45,326 nt of DNA, taken from assembly GCF_004010195.1 (NCBI RefSeq), contig NW_025215381.1:1652873-1698198 (forward strand), given 5' to 3'. The notes beneath the pieces are model-generated. The model was not told the DNA's origin. It searched no databases and was given only the letters and a program-made list of their open reading frames with translations. This DNA is from Chiloscyllium plagiosum (taxonomy: Eukaryota). Within the stretch, counting starts at the first letter, position 1, and each line of letters begins with the position of its first letter. The translations under genes were made by a program, and so were the position numbers. Positions 1 through 12,839 of the stretch are shown here, one piece after another.

Positions 1-110
1 GAGACAGAGAGAGAGAGAAGTGGAAACAGAGAGAGTAAAAGTGTGAGAGCGAGAGAGAGAGAGGGAGAGAGAATGTGCATGGGGCAGAAAGCAGAGTAAA
101 AGTGAGAGAA
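1..110. repeat. (GA)n-rich microsatellite
   Basis: Directly visible GA/AG dinucleotide runs. Confidence 0.9.
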
Positions 111-427
111 TGATGGTGAGAAACAGTGAGGTAATGCCATTTTTGAGCAGAATACCACACTGCATGTCACTTGGCACCTTCTCAACATTGAGAATGGTTG
201 CGTTTGGGTAGTATTTCAGACCTTTCCACTTCTTTCCAAACTGTAAAGAATGGAATGATACCTGGCTGGGATAGGCAGGAGAAACCTTTCAAATGGTGAC
301 TGATTTATCAACCACAATCAGCAGATTGCCCAACAGGGTCATGTGCTGATTGGAGTTTGACATTTGCGTAATCCTTGTGAAAATACCACAATTAGGGAAG
401 GTTCCTCTGTGATCCTATTTGCAGGAT

Positions 428-927
428 NNNNNNNNNNNNNNNNNNNNNNNNNNNNNNNNNNNNNNNNNNNNNNNNNNNNNNNNNNNNNNNNNNNNNNNNN
501 NNNNNNNNNNNNNNNNNNNNNNNNNNNNNNNNNNNNNNNNNNNNNNNNNNNNNNNNNNNNNNNNNNNNNNNNNNNNNNNNNNNNNNNNNNNNNNNNNNNN
601 NNNNNNNNNNNNNNNNNNNNNNNNNNNNNNNNNNNNNNNNNNNNNNNNNNNNNNNNNNNNNNNNNNNNNNNNNNNNNNNNNNNNNNNNNNNNNNNNNNNN
701 NNNNNNNNNNNNNNNNNNNNNNNNNNNNNNNNNNNNNNNNNNNNNNNNNNNNNNNNNNNNNNNNNNNNNNNNNNNNNNNNNNNNNNNNNNNNNNNNNNNN
801 NNNNNNNNNNNNNNNNNNNNNNNNNNNNNNNNNNNNNNNNNNNNNNNNNNNNNNNNNNNNNNNNNNNNNNNNNNNNNNNNNNNNNNNNNNNNNNNNNNNN
901 NNNNNNNNNNNNNNNNNNNNNNNNNNN
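428..927. other. Assembly gap (500 N)
   Basis: Run of N. Confidence 1.
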
Positions 928-1229
928 CCCCGTCAATTAATGTTCAACTGAATATCAACTTCTCACAGTTTTTTAAAACTCAACTTCAAGGTTTCCGCAC
1001 TTTCTCTGGTACTTGGCACAGTGATTTAAGATTAACTTTACCGATAGTAATCGTTACTTATACATATTATTTTCCATATTTATTCTTAAATTAAAATTCT
1101 ACAAGTAGAGTTTGCATCTGTTGCCAAGATTGTTGTGTTAAGGTCTTTGATAATGTTGGCAATCTTTCCCCAGCAGCAAGAAGTGTAAATTGAGGCAATG
1201 AATGTGTGTTTGGCTTCTGTGATGGTCCT

Positions 1230-1860
1230 GACTGTGTACAGAAGTACTGGTAGTTTCTTTTGGTAATGGGGAGAGCAGTTGCCATATCAAGCCATTATGC
1301 AGCAGGATAGTATGGTTTGTATGGTGCATCTATAAATGTTGTGGAGAGTCCTTCTGTACAGGCTGAATTTCCTAAGCTGCCTGAGGAAGAAGAGGCATTG
1401 TTATGCCGTCTTGACTGTTGCATCTACAAGGTGCAGTTGCCTATCTTCACTGATTGTGGCCTGTGGGTCAGGAAGCTGATGATCCAGATTCAGAGGGCGG
1501 AGTTGAAACCTGTGTCTTGAAGTTTTGAGATTAGTCTGGAGGAGATTACGTTGTTGATGACAGAGCTGTAGTCGATGAGTCTGAGTCTGAAGTAGATGTC
1601 CTCGTCATCCATATGTTCTGGGGTGAGTGCAGGGCTGGGGAAATGGGATCTACTGTGGACCTGTTGTGTTAGCAGGCAAAAATGCAAGTGATCAAGGCAG
1701 GCTGGGAGGCTAGAATTGATGTGGGCCATGACCAGCCTCTCGAAGCACTTCATGTTGATGGAGGTTAGAGCCCCTGGGTGGAAGTCATTAAGGCACGTTG
1801 CATGTGCTTTCTTTGGTATTGGAATGATGGTGATCTGTTTGAAGCAACTGGGGCCCTCTG
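1230..1860 (-). mobile_element. Decayed Rex1/Babar-type LINE, RT fragment
   Basis: Minus ORF 1490-1753 has MKCFERLVMAHINSSLP...LIDYSSVINNVISSRLISKL, typical of Rex1/Babar RT (MKCFERLV; DYSSAFNTI). Frameshifted. Confidence 0.75.
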
Positions 1861-1861
1861 G

Positions 1862-1951
1862 TTTGGAGATGCTGGTGTTGGACTGGAGTGTACAAAGTTA
1901 AAAATCACACAACACCAGGTTATAGTCCAACAGGTTTAATTGGAAGCACAC
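1862..1951. mobile_element. PLE terminal-repeat fragment (family C), running into the gap
   Basis: GGTGTTGGACTGGAGTGTACAAAG...CAACAGGTTTAATTGGAAGCAC is the reverse complement of sequence at about 44380-44437 that follows a hammerhead-like motif. Confidence 0.6.
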
Positions 1952-2719
1952 NNNNNNNNNNNNNNNNNNNNNNNNNNNNNNNNNNNNNNNNNNNNNNNNN
2001 NNNNNNNNNNNNNNNNNNNNNNNNNNNNNNNNNNNNNNNNNNNNNNNNNNNNNNNNNNNNNNNNNNNNNNNNNNNNNNNNNNNNNNNNNNNNNNNNNNNN
2101 NNNNNNNNNNNNNNNNNNNNNNNNNNNNNNNNNNNNNNNNNNNNNNNNNNNNNNNNNNNNNNNNNNNNNNNNNNNNNNNNNNNNNNNNNNNNNNNNNNNN
2201 NNNNNNNNNNNNNNNNNNNNNNNNNNNNNNNNNNNNNNNNNNNNNNNNNNNNNNNNNNNNNNNNNNNNNNNNNNNNNNNNNNNNNNNNNNNNNNNNNNNN
2301 NNNNNNNNNNNNNNNNNNNNNNNNNNNNNNNNNNNNNNNNNNNNNNNNNNNNNNNNNNNNNNNNNNNNNNNNNNNNNNNNNNNNNNNNNNNNNNNNNNNN
2401 NNNNNNNNNNNNNNNNNNNNNNNNNNNNNNNNNNNNNNNNNNNNNNNNNNNNNNNNNNNNNNNNNNNNNNNNNNNNNNNNNNNNNNNNNNNNNNNNNNNN
2501 NNNNNNNNNNNNNNNNNNNNNNNNNNNNNNNNNNNNNNNNNNNNNNNNNNNNNNNNNNNNNNNNNNNNNNNNNNNNNNNNNNNNNNNNNNNNNNNNNNNN
2601 NNNNNNNNNNNNNNNNNNNNNNNNNNNNNNNNNNNNNNNNNNNNNNNNNNNNNNNNNNNNNNNNNNNNNNNNNNNNNNNNNNNNNNNNNNNNNNNNNNNN
2701 NNNNNNNNNNNNNNNNNNN
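1952..2719. other. Assembly gap (768 N)
   Basis: Run of N. Confidence 1.
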
Positions 2720-2734
2720 GTGTGTTTGTCTGTG

Positions 2735-3005
2735 TGTTTGTGCTTCACCTGCAATGTTCATTTGGGCCCTTGGATATTGAAGAAGGGGATAATAAACAGG
2801 CTGATGTTACACCTGCGGTTGCAGGGGAAAGTGCCATGGGGCTGCGGAGAGTCATGTTAGGAGTGAAGGAGGAGTAGACCGGGGTATCCCAGAGGGAAAG
2901 GTCCTTGCGGAAGGCTAACCAGGAAGGGGAGAATAATAGGTGTCTGGTGGCATCCATCTGAAGGTGGTAGAGATGGCAGCTAATGATCCCCTGGGTGTGG
3001 ATGCT
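2735..3005 (-). mobile_element. Penelope-like element ORF fragment (linker ahead of GIY-YIG)
   Basis: Minus translation AFRKDLSLWD... and IQGPK-like sequence resemble the PLE 'AFRR..SLRD.LV' linker region. Confidence 0.6.
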
Positions 3006-3009
3006 GTGA

Positions 3010-4060
3010 GATCAGTGACTGTAGGATAATAGGGCTGAGTTTCCCCTCAGAGACTCGCTGCAGGGACAATGTGCAGGTGTGTAACAGTCCCTCGTCTCAA
3101 TGCGCTGTGCGTGTGTGTAACAGGACTGAGTCATCCAGCTGTGACTGTGTGCATGTGTGAGCAACAATGAACTAGAGTGCCTGCACTGAGTCTGTGTGCA
3201 AGCAACAGAAGACTGAGGCTCTCAGCACTGACTGGGTGTGTCTGTCTGTCACTGTATCAATCTGGACTCACTGGGTAAAGAAGAGGTTTACCAGGATGCC
3301 CAGTTTTGGAGTGCATAGGCTTTAAGGAGAGATTGAACACACTTAGATTATTTTGGCTAAAGTGGTGGAGGCTAAGTGGGGTCCTGATAGATGTATATTA
3401 AATTATGGCAGTCAGGGTCTCTTTTCCCAGGATGGAATTACTAGAGGGCAGAGGTTTAATGAGAGAGGGGAAATGTTTAAAGGAGATGTGCGACGATAGC
3501 AGGTGCTTGGAATGTGCTGCAGGTCAGGATGTTGAAGCGGCTATAGTAGCAAAGTTTAAGATGCATTTGGACAGGCAAGTGAACGGGCTGAGAATACTGG
3601 AATTTGGGTTGTGTGCAGGCAGAGGGAATTAATTTAAAATAGTATCATGGTTGGTGCGGACATGGTAGGCCAATATACAGTTCTTGGTTGGGGTGGGCCC
3701 GGAGCAGAGAATCCAGGAATTGGCAAGGTTACAGTGCTGTACTGCTTTGTTCTGAGAGTATCATAGTGCTCTGTATGTGTATGTTTCTCTCTCATAGGAC
3801 TGAATGACTCAGTAGTGGTGCTGTCTGAAACAGGACTCTCTGACCGGATGCAGTTGAATCAGTATACACTTGATAGGGGACTGTCTCCTGGTGCTGACTC
3901 AGTGGGAAGGGGGTTTTGTGTGTGTGTGCATTTAACATGACCGGGATGAGTGACCCAGCATAACTGTTCATGTGTTACAGAACTGAATGACACAGCATTG
4001 GGTATCTGTATGTCTGTATAACAGGGCTGAGTGTCCCAGGGCTGACACTGTGTCTGTGTG
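3010..4060. repeat. Degenerate ~40-bp minisatellite (consensus near GTAACAGGACTGAGTGTCCCAGCACTGACTCTGTGTGT), resuming at about 5460-5670
   Basis: Recurring aacaggactgag / cagcactgact / gtgtgt units, interrupted by a CR1 fragment. Confidence 0.6.
3275..3755 (+). mobile_element. Old CR1 LINE 3' fragment
   Basis: agaggtttaccaggatg...ggaggctaagtggggtcctgatagatgtatattaaattatg...tttaagatgcatttggacagg, a degraded RRFTRM/RLRGDLIEVYKI/FKRHLD region. Confidence 0.75.
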
Positions 4061-5224
4061 TGTTGATATATGGCTTTAAGTAGTGTATTTTATCATGGAT
4101 TTTTTATGAAGAGAGGTTTAGGTAGAGATGATAAACGGGCTGTTCCAAGACAATAAAGTAAATAGCTTCTAAGATCTTGGGGGTGTTTTAGTTGGAATCG
4201 TAGGACATTTGTCCCTGCTACAGCAAAACGCGTGAGTCTTTGTTCACTGCCTCTCTGTGTCCATCTCTTGATATTTGTACCTCCTGGACTGGAGAATTAC
4301 ATGTGTGACCGGAAGTTTTACTGAATTTGCCTTTTCCATGGGTGTTTTTGCAATTTTACTGTAGGAATGATTTATTGTCACTTATACTGTATAATGAGCT
4401 GCATGGTAAAATACAGTGAATAGTTTCAACTGACACCACAATCCAGTGCCATTCAAATACTTCAAGATTAAAGAAATAAGGCTTTGTTCCTCCGCCATGA
4501 GTCCCCAAATCTGAGCCGGTCAATTAACGATACCCGTGCAGGACCCACCAGTGTTAAAGTCATCACTCTTCAGGCACCACCTCTTCATTGCTGGGCCCAG
4601 CCCTCTGAAGGCCTGCCGATACCAGGTCCTATGGCTGCACTGCAGCTGCCTCGCCAGCTATCGGCATAATGCATGCTCCGTGTTGCCATCGCCACATTGA
4701 TAACCAGGAGTCGCTACTTCAGGCCCACCGCAAGCAGGAGACTCTGGCTCTACTGCCACCATAACCTCACCAATTCCTGGAGCCCCTGCTCCGGGCTCGC
4801 CACAACCAAGAGTCCTTGGCTTTGCTGAGAATTCCACCTCACCAAAGTCCTGTGTTGGCCACCTTTCCTTCTGCCAACAGGAGGAAGATGGAGGTAAAAG
4901 CCAAAAAGGGTGAAGAAAGAAGGGAGGAAGTGGCCGCCTGGACTGGACAGGCAGAGGAGGCTGAACACTGCCTATCTTGCAGGCGCTGCCATCTTGTAAG
5001 TTGGAGCAGTTGATATTTAGTGTTTAAATAATTATTATTCTTCTAAGTTTTCCAATAGAGTTTCTAATTTTTCTTTATTTTTGTTTGAACTGTAAGATTA
5101 AAGTGCGTTTTACTTCAAGGAAGGTAGTTCAAACAATCGAATTGCATCTGGAATGCCTTAAAACAAGTAAAAGTTGGAGTCTATGCTATCATAATATATT
5201 TGAGGAAGTTTGGTCTGGTCAACG
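4061..5224. mobile_element. Possible solo LTR, interrupted at about 4365-4995 by a minus-strand Rex1-tailed insertion
   Basis: Starts TGTTGA and ends TCAACG, near-inverted termini. The internal block begins atttattgtcac...aaatacagtgaa, similar to the tail at about 14255-14310. Confidence 0.3.
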
Positions 5225-5227
5225 AGA

Positions 5228-5462
5228 CCTACGGGGCAATGTTTTTTACACAGGGTGATACGTGTATGGAATGAGCTGCCAAAGGAAGTGGTGGAGGCTG
5301 GTACAATTGCAACATTTAAGAGGTATTTGGATACCTATATGAATAGGAAGGGTTTGGAGGGCCGGGTGCTGGCAGGTGGGACTAGATTGGTTTGGAAAAT
5401 TTGGTCAGCATGGACAGGTTGGACCGAAGGGTCTGTTTCCGTGCTGTACATCTCTGTGACTC
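5228..5462 (+). mobile_element. CR1/HER1-like LINE 3' end
   Basis: Encodes RVIRVWNELPKEVVEAGTIATFKRYLDTYM with a 3' UTR ggaccgaagggtctgtttccgtgctgtac; near-identical to 25475-25710 and 43410-43655. Confidence 0.92.
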
Positions 5463-5679
5463 TGTGTGTGTTTCTGTGTCTAGTAGGACTTCATGTCCCA
5501 GCACCAATGCTGTGTGTGTGAGTACGTGTCCAGGAGGAATGAGTGTGCCAGGGTTGAGTGTGTGTGTGTGTGTATCTACTGGTATTGAGTGTCACAGCGC
5601 TGATTCTGTGTGTAGCTCAACTAAGTTGCAGTAGCATGTGAATCAGGATGTGGATGTGTGTGTGTTTAAGCAACAAAAG

Positions 5680-6220
5680 TGTAAAGGTAGAAAAGAGTTG
5701 AGAAAGTTTTATTCTGTATCTAACCCTGTGATGGCATCCGTGTTAAAGGATCTTTTAGTTCTTGTTTTAAAGAGCATAGAGGGTTTGATTTCAGTTCGGA
5801 AGAGTAGAGGGAGATTTTATGCACCATCTCCTGTCTCGATCTTTGGATGGGTACGTTATTGAGGGAACTTTGCTTTCAATTTAAAATAGCAAGAGCTTTT
5901 ACTCTGTACGTAACCTCATACTACACTTATCTCTGGTCTGTTTAATGGGAGCAGTGTAAAGGAGCATTACTTTCAGTTTAAAAGATAGAGGCAGCTTTGC
6001 TTTCAGTTTAAAAAAGTACATGGAGCATTGTTTGAAATAGAGGAAGCTTCACCTTTTATGTAACCCCATATTGTCCCCATTATCCATGGAGTGTTTGGGG
6101 AAAGTGTAGGGGAGTTTTACTCTATCTAAGCTTGTGTTGTCCCTGTCCTACAAATGCTTAGTAAGGAGAGTGTCTATGGTGCTTTGTCAGTTTGAGAGTA
6201 GAGGGCCGCCTCTTTTTGTT
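5680..6220. repeat. Degenerate repeat cluster (core GTAGAGGGAGCTTTACTCTGTATCTAACC); related copies near 6560-6650 and 31010-31170
   Basis: Repeated variants of tagagggag(c/t)ttta(c/t)tctgtatctaacc and gtccctgggagtgtttg. Confidence 0.65.
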
Positions 6221-6229
6221 AAAGAGAGT

Positions 6230-6535
6230 AGGGGTGTGGCTCAGTGGTTCGCATTGCTGCCTGACACTGCCCAGGGACCGTGGTTTGATTCCAACCTCTC
6301 TGTGAAGTTTGCACACTCTGTGTCTCCGGGTTTCCTCCGGGTGCTCTGATTTTCCTCCCACAGTCCAAAACTGTGTAGGCTAGGTGGATTGGCTATTGAA
6401 AATGTGGGGTCACCGCAATAGGCTGGGCCAAGGTGGAGGTTGGGTGGGGGGGGGTCTCACTGCAGCACTCTTCAGAAGGGAGGTGTGCACGAAATGGGCC
6501 AAATGGCCTGCTTCCACACTGTAGCAACTCTGATT
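6230..6535 (+). mobile_element. Decayed HE1-type tRNA-derived SINE
   Basis: gtggctcagtggtt...ggtttgattcc head, gtgaagtttgcac core and ggcctgcttccacactgtag tail. Confidence 0.85.
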
Positions 6536-6717
6536 CTCAACAGAAGTTGACTTTCGACTTTGAAAGTGTAGTGAGTGTTTTGCTTTGCTCTGTTTCTGTC
6601 CTGGGGGTATTTGGGAACAGTGTAGACAAAGTTTTACTTTGTACTAATTCTAAAATACTTCCTGACTGGCAGGGCCTGCTGCAGACTGCTTTCCTCCCAT
6701 TGGTTCAGCTCTAGAAG

Positions 6718-6917
6718 ATGTCAAGTGGCCTGCAGGATGCAGCCATCACCAGCTTCCTCCAGTTCATTGAAGACAAGGGGTTCAAAGTATATACATCACT
6801 GACAAAACAAAGCTGTGACACAGGCAAGGTGCCAAGGTGTCTCCGAGACGAGATGAATCTCCTGTACCGGAAAACCAAGATGGAATGGAAACATCGTGAA
6901 GATGAATCAAAGAAAAA
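6718..6917 (+). CDS. NYAP1: NYAP1 coding exon 1 (MSSGLQDAA...MNLLYRKTKMEWKHREDESKK)
   Basis: ATG at 6718 in AAGATG context with an in-frame TAG at 6712. Donor GTAAGT at 6918, phase 2. Candidate upstream acceptors end at 6708 and 6714. Confidence 0.9.
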
Positions 6918-7139
6918 GTAAGTCATCCAAAAGAGGTTGTATATAAACTGTAGTCTGGCTCCATTGCCAGCTTGGAGTAACTGTTCATTCCCGAGCTATG
7001 CTCCACAGGGGCTAGTATTGACCTCAGAAGGATGTCATGCATGTTTTGGGCTTTGTAACCACTTATTGTGATTTCACTGCCTCTGGACAGCAGTTGGTGT
7101 GTTTCAGACAGGGACCATATTTTCACTCATTCTTCCATG

Positions 7140-7335
7140 TTCACAAATCTTAATCTGTCTGCGTCTCTCTCTGTGCCTCTGATTTCTTTTGTGACCCTTT
7201 CTATCATTCTGTCCATCTTTTGACCTCAATCTCTCTGTATATCACTGTCTCTAGCTCTCTCCTACTTTCTAGTTCTCTACCTTTGTCTCTCTATCAGTCA
7301 CTTAACCGTTTCTGTCTTGCTGTCTTTCTACTCAA
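7140..7335. repeat. CT-rich low-complexity tract
   Basis: Visible (TC)n-rich sequence. Confidence 0.7.
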
Positions 7336-8244
7336 TAGCTGAGATTCTTCGAGCGCAATCTCCAACTCTTGTCACCACCTGTTTAAGTTCTCCTACCTTT
7401 GAGCATATCGTCAGGTTAATCACCTGATCTTACTCTGTCATTGCAGTTTGTGGGATCTTGCTGTACCAAGGTTCACTGGCATGGCAACCATGCCCACACT
7501 TCAAAAGGTATTCCATTGACCAATGCTCGTCTTCCTTCTGCCATTCTATTTTTCCTTCCTCACCCATTTTTTTCATATACATCTGTCCCTTGCCCTGGCT
7601 TTGTATGTTTGTTTGTCCTCTTCCTCACCCACCTTCTACCATCTGGTCCTCCTTCTCTTTACCCCCAAAAAAACTTGCCCTTTCCATTCCCAGAAACTTA
7701 GATCGTCAGGCACGATTGCTAGGTCTTGGGCCATACTTTGACTACCACAAATCTTTGAAAGTTAAGTTGTTTATACTCATTTATCTCATCGCCTCATCTC
7801 ACTGTTTCCATCCTAGCCACCGCTCCTGCATCAGGCTTCAGGAGTGGCTGAGGCCATATAGGCTGGGTAATGGTAGAATGAAAACTTAGAGGGGTGGGGT
7901 GGAATGTTGATTTTGCTCGAATTGTACTTTTGTCTTAGCTTTTTAAAAAAAGAAGTGGAAAGGAGCAGATATTGTGGCTTGAATTTCATGCCTGGATCAG
8001 TAAACATGGGAGTCATGGCCACCATCCGTAGACATGAGGATGGCTGTCTGATATGTAGAGGGTTGCTGGGCAAAAGACCATAGTCTTGTTGTGCCAATAC
8101 TTGGTCAAAGCTATGATAATACCAAAAACTGCTCTATCCACAGTGCATTTCCCCCTCATTACTGTCCATGTCAACCTTTGCCCACCATGCCCCTTTTTCT
8201 GCTACCCATGCCCCTTTGCCTGTTTTATTATTACATTGATCCCA

Positions 8245-8875
8245 GACAGAGGTGGTAAATAAGGTGTTTGGTATACTTTCCTTCATTGTTCAGACCGTTC
8301 AGCATAGGAGTTCAGGTGTCATGTTGCGATTTTACAGGATGTTGGTGAGGACACTTTTGGAGTGCTTTGTACAATTCCGGCCGCTCTGTGATATGAACGA
8401 TATTGTCAAATTGGAAGGGTGCAGAAAAGATTTACAATTATGTTACTAAGACTGGAAGGTTTGAGTTAAAAGGAAAGGCTTGAATTTTCTTCACTAGAGC
8501 ATAGGAGGTTGAGGCTGACTTTTATAAAAGTTTATAAAATCATAAGAGGCATAAATAAGTTGAATAACCAAGCCTTTTCCCCAGAATAAGTGAATTCAAG
8601 GGCATATCTTTAAGATAAGAGGAGAGATTTAAAAAGAGGAGGGGCAACGTTTACTCGCAGAAGGTGATTCATATGTGAAATGAACTGAGGAAAGCATAGA
8701 TACAGGCACAGTTACCCCTTTTTAAATACATTTGGAGAGGTATATGAATAGGAAATGTTTAGAAGGATATGGGGCAAACGCAGGCAAGTGGGGCTAGTGT
8801 AGTTTGGAAGCTTGGTTGGCATGGAGGAGTTGGACTAAAGGGTCTGGTTCCATGCTATAACTATATGCTATGCTA
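8245..8875 (+). mobile_element. Decayed CR1 LINE 3' part
   Basis: ORF 8252-8449 has VMLRFYRMLVRTLLECFVQF (LYKTLVRPHLEYCVQFW homologue), followed by a CR1 3' UTR. Confidence 0.88.
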
Positions 8876-9364
8876 CCTTTAAGATGGTTAAGGGCCATTA
8901 CAACGAGATGTTCTGGTAAAATGATACCCACTTCCCTTTAGTGGGGTGGTAATAGTAGTCTGTTTGCTGTTACTGTATATTTACTCCATATAGGCTTAAG
9001 CACAGAATTCAGACTCTGCAAGTCAGGGTCTTACAGCAGTCTGGCTAGTTATGTTGTTAAAGACTTCAAGACATCTGAGTCAACAGGAATTATGTTTTAT
9101 GATCTGAGGGCTAACTTGGGAAGACATGGACTATATTATACCAATTAATGGTGTTTTATTGAGTGCTAAGTTATGCTAACCCTTGTCCCCAATCATCATG
9201 TTTTTCACTTCTGTCATCCTTATCAACTCAGAACCCATGTAGGCAGACCACAGGACACATTGAGATTAAGAATTTAATTCAAAGTCTATTGATGAACTTG
9301 GCAATACAAAAGAAAGTCTACCTTCGATTTTTTTTTAAAAAAAACTCCCAAAGAACAAGCACTT

Positions 9365-10862
9365 AGAACATAGAACAGTACAGTACAGGAACAGGCCTTT
9401 GGCCCACGATTCTGTTCTGAATGTGATGCCAAATTGTTAATCTCTTCTGTGAGCCCATGGTCCATATCCCTCTATTCCTTGCTTTTTCATGTGCCTATCC
9501 AAAAGATCATTAATTAACCCAATGCAGACATGGGAGGAGAAATGGCAGATGGAGTTTAATTCTGGTAAGTGTAAGCTGTTGCACTTTGGGCAATCAAAAC
9601 TTGTTCCTTACAACTCCTTTGAACTTCCCCTCTTGCCTTGCATGCATACCTTCTATTATTATACAGTTTGGGCGGCATGGTGGCACAGTGGTTAGCACTG
9701 TTGCCTCACAGCGCCAGAGACCCGGGTTCAATTCCCGCCTCAGGCGACTGATTGATTGTGTGGAGTTTGCACATTCTCCCCGTGTCTGCGTGGGTTTCCT
9801 CCGGGTGCTCCGGTTTCCTCCCACAGTCCAAAGATGTGCAGGTCAGGTGAATTGGCCATGCTAAATTGCCCGTAGTGTTAGGTATAGGGGTAAATGTAGG
9901 GGTATGGGTGGGTCGCGCTTCGGCGGGTCGATGTGGACTTGTTGGGCTGAAGGGCCTGTTTCCACACTGTAATCTAATCTAATCTAACCTCATAGGGAGA
10001 GATTCTGATTGTTCGTCCTATCTACACATCCCATAGTTTTATAAACTTCTATGAGGTCTCCTCCAGAGAAAACAACTCTAGTTTGTCTAGCCTCTCCTTA
10101 TGGCTCATACTGTCTAATCCAGGCAGCATCCTGGTAAACCTCTTCTGTATCCTCAGCAAAGCCTCCACATCCTTCCTGGCAACCAGATTTGAGCACAGTA
10201 CTCAAGTGTGGCCTAACCAAAGTTTTATAAAGTTGCATCATCACTTTCCTCACTTGTGTACTGCATGCCGTGACCAACAAAGAAAGCATGTCATACGATT
10301 TCTTTACCACCCTACCTACTTTCAGGGACAGTGGACTAGGATCTCAAGATCCCTCTATGTCAATGAAGTTCAGCATCCTGCCATCAACTGTATATTTTCC
10401 TTTAACATTTGATCTCCCAAAGTGCAACACCTTACATTTGCCAAAATTAAACTCCATCTGTCATTTCTCCTCCCATGTCTGAAACTGATCTATATCCTAC
10501 TGTATCCTTTGAGAACCTTCTACGCTATCCACAGCTCCCCTGATATTTGTGCTATCGGCAAACTTACTAACCCGTCCATCTACATTTTCATCCAAGTGAT
10601 TTGTGTAGATCACAGACAAGAGGTCCCAGTATGGAGCAGAACACTACTAGTCACAGCCCTTCAGCCAGAAGAACACCCTTTTCCCCCACTACGCGCACAC
10701 TTCTGTGAACAAGCCAAAGCTGATCTGAAATGGCCAAGTGACTGTGGATCCCATACATCTTAATCTTCCGGGTGAACCTACCATGAGGGACCTTGTTGAA
10801 AGCTTTGGTAAAATCCATATAAATTCATCCATTGCAGTACTCCTCAATCACCCTCTTCACCT
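9365..10862 (-). mobile_element. Decayed CR1 LINE (minus), interrupted by a short + CR1 piece (about 9520-9595) and a SINE
   Basis: Tail agaacatagaacagtacagtacagg at 9365; minus ORF with MQLYKTLVRPHL; RT-region DNA up to ccatgagggaccttgttgaaagct (AF.KVPHG). Confidence 0.85.
9670..9987 (+). mobile_element. Full-length HE1-type (V-SINE-like) tRNA-derived SINE
   Basis: A box TGGCACAGTGG at 9681-9691, B box GGTTCAATTCC at 9725-9735, core GTGGAGTTTGCACATTCTCCCCGTGTCTGCGTGGGTTTCCTCCGGGTGCTCCGGTTTCCTCCCACAGTCCAAAG, and (AATCT)n tail. Confidence 0.95.
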
Positions 10863-11319
10863 CAAAGAGGTGGTAGCCTGGAGTTTCCAATGAAGGGTGA
10901 ACTTATGGATACTACATTGTAATCACAAAAGCTTGTAAAATCAGTCATGCGGCACTGATTGAGTAGTGGTATCCATCAGGCTTATGTTAGCAGGTAGAAC
11001 GAAATAGTGCTGAGTATTTTATTTAAACATTGCAGACAATATTTGCAAATTTCTAAATGGTAAGAAATTCAAATGCCTTTAATTTGACAGTTTCCTAGCA
11101 GTTCTGTTAACAACTGCCTTGATAGTTCCAATAGGTTTATATGCATTTTGAACAAACTCGTGTCTGTTTCTTTACGATTCCGAAGGACATTTCACCTCTC
11201 CAAAGAACTCCACTTCAGATGACCTCCAACCAGTCAAAAACTCAGGTCTTGAACATTGCACTAGCACAGTGAGATTAGCCTCAGGCCACTGTTCTTTGAC
11301 ATATACAATTCCAACCTTG

Positions 11320-11640
11320 AGTTGTGGGTGTGCAATTTAGAGCACTCCTTTTTATGAGGTTTTGAGACCTATATAGGCTAACACTCCAGAATCAGGACTG
11401 AGGAGTTACTGCACTGTCAAAGGCATCATTTTTTAGAGTGTAATGTTGCGTCCAATCAGGTCTCCTGGTTGAACAAAAGGCCCACAATCTCCTTTATAGC
11501 TTAGTCAATATTCATTCCTCAACAAACTGCACTTACCAAAGCAGAGTCATAAGCATGTTGTTGTTTGTGCTATCTGGCTTGCATTAATCCAGCATTCTCC
11601 TGGCTTTACTGCTTTGCAAACTTCAACTCATGCAGAACAG
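11320..11640 (+). mobile_element. Ancient DeuSINE/SacSINE1-like fragment; related pieces at about 7420-7520 and 28820-28985
   Basis: gctaacactccag...actgaggagttactgcactgtcaaaggc...gtcaatattcattcctcaacaaac resembles the Deu-domain consensus as I recall it. Highly diverged. Confidence 0.55.
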
Positions 11641-11739
11641 TAACCTTCATACTACCATGTACCTCAGCCCCTGTGCTTGATGATCTTCACTGACTCCTGT
11701 TCTGTAAACAGTTCAGGAAAAAGCTTTGCTTTCCTTTGT

Positions 11740-12396
<657 letters not shown>

Positions 12397-12839
12397 TAGC
12401 TTCCAGCCCTCCTTACAGCATTGTTTACTGTTCTCTGGGTCCACGCTAGGCTTAACTAATCAAATACAGTGAGCAGCAATAGTAAACAGACTCAGCTAAT
12501 CAGACACAGCACAATTGATAACTGCAGATCCCATGCCCACTGTTGTAGGAAGAGTATGAGAGTGGAGTTCACACCAGTGCTCTGTGGGTAATGTTCATTC
12601 CTCAGCTGTCGCCATATTAAAAACCAAGATGACCTTGCCATTGAAGTTTGTGGGATTTTGTCATGTTTCCCAGCGACACTTCGGAATGACTAATTTTGGT
12701 TGAAAGGTGCTCAGGGGAGGATAAAGGGTGGAGAGAGGCACTAGAGATTGGTAAGTGTTTCCTCTAGGTCTCCTCAACATGGCAGCCATGGTCTGTGCCC
12801 AGGAAGCAGCAATCACCTGTTTCTCTCTTCTCCTTCCAG

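Noticed and set aside
364..2877. Long ORFs of 170-330 aa (also 40737-41427)
   Set aside because: They are artefacts of translating through N gaps.
9670..9745. tRNA gene
   Set aside because: The A and B boxes belong to a SINE head that continues into the SINE core and tail and recurs many times in the window.
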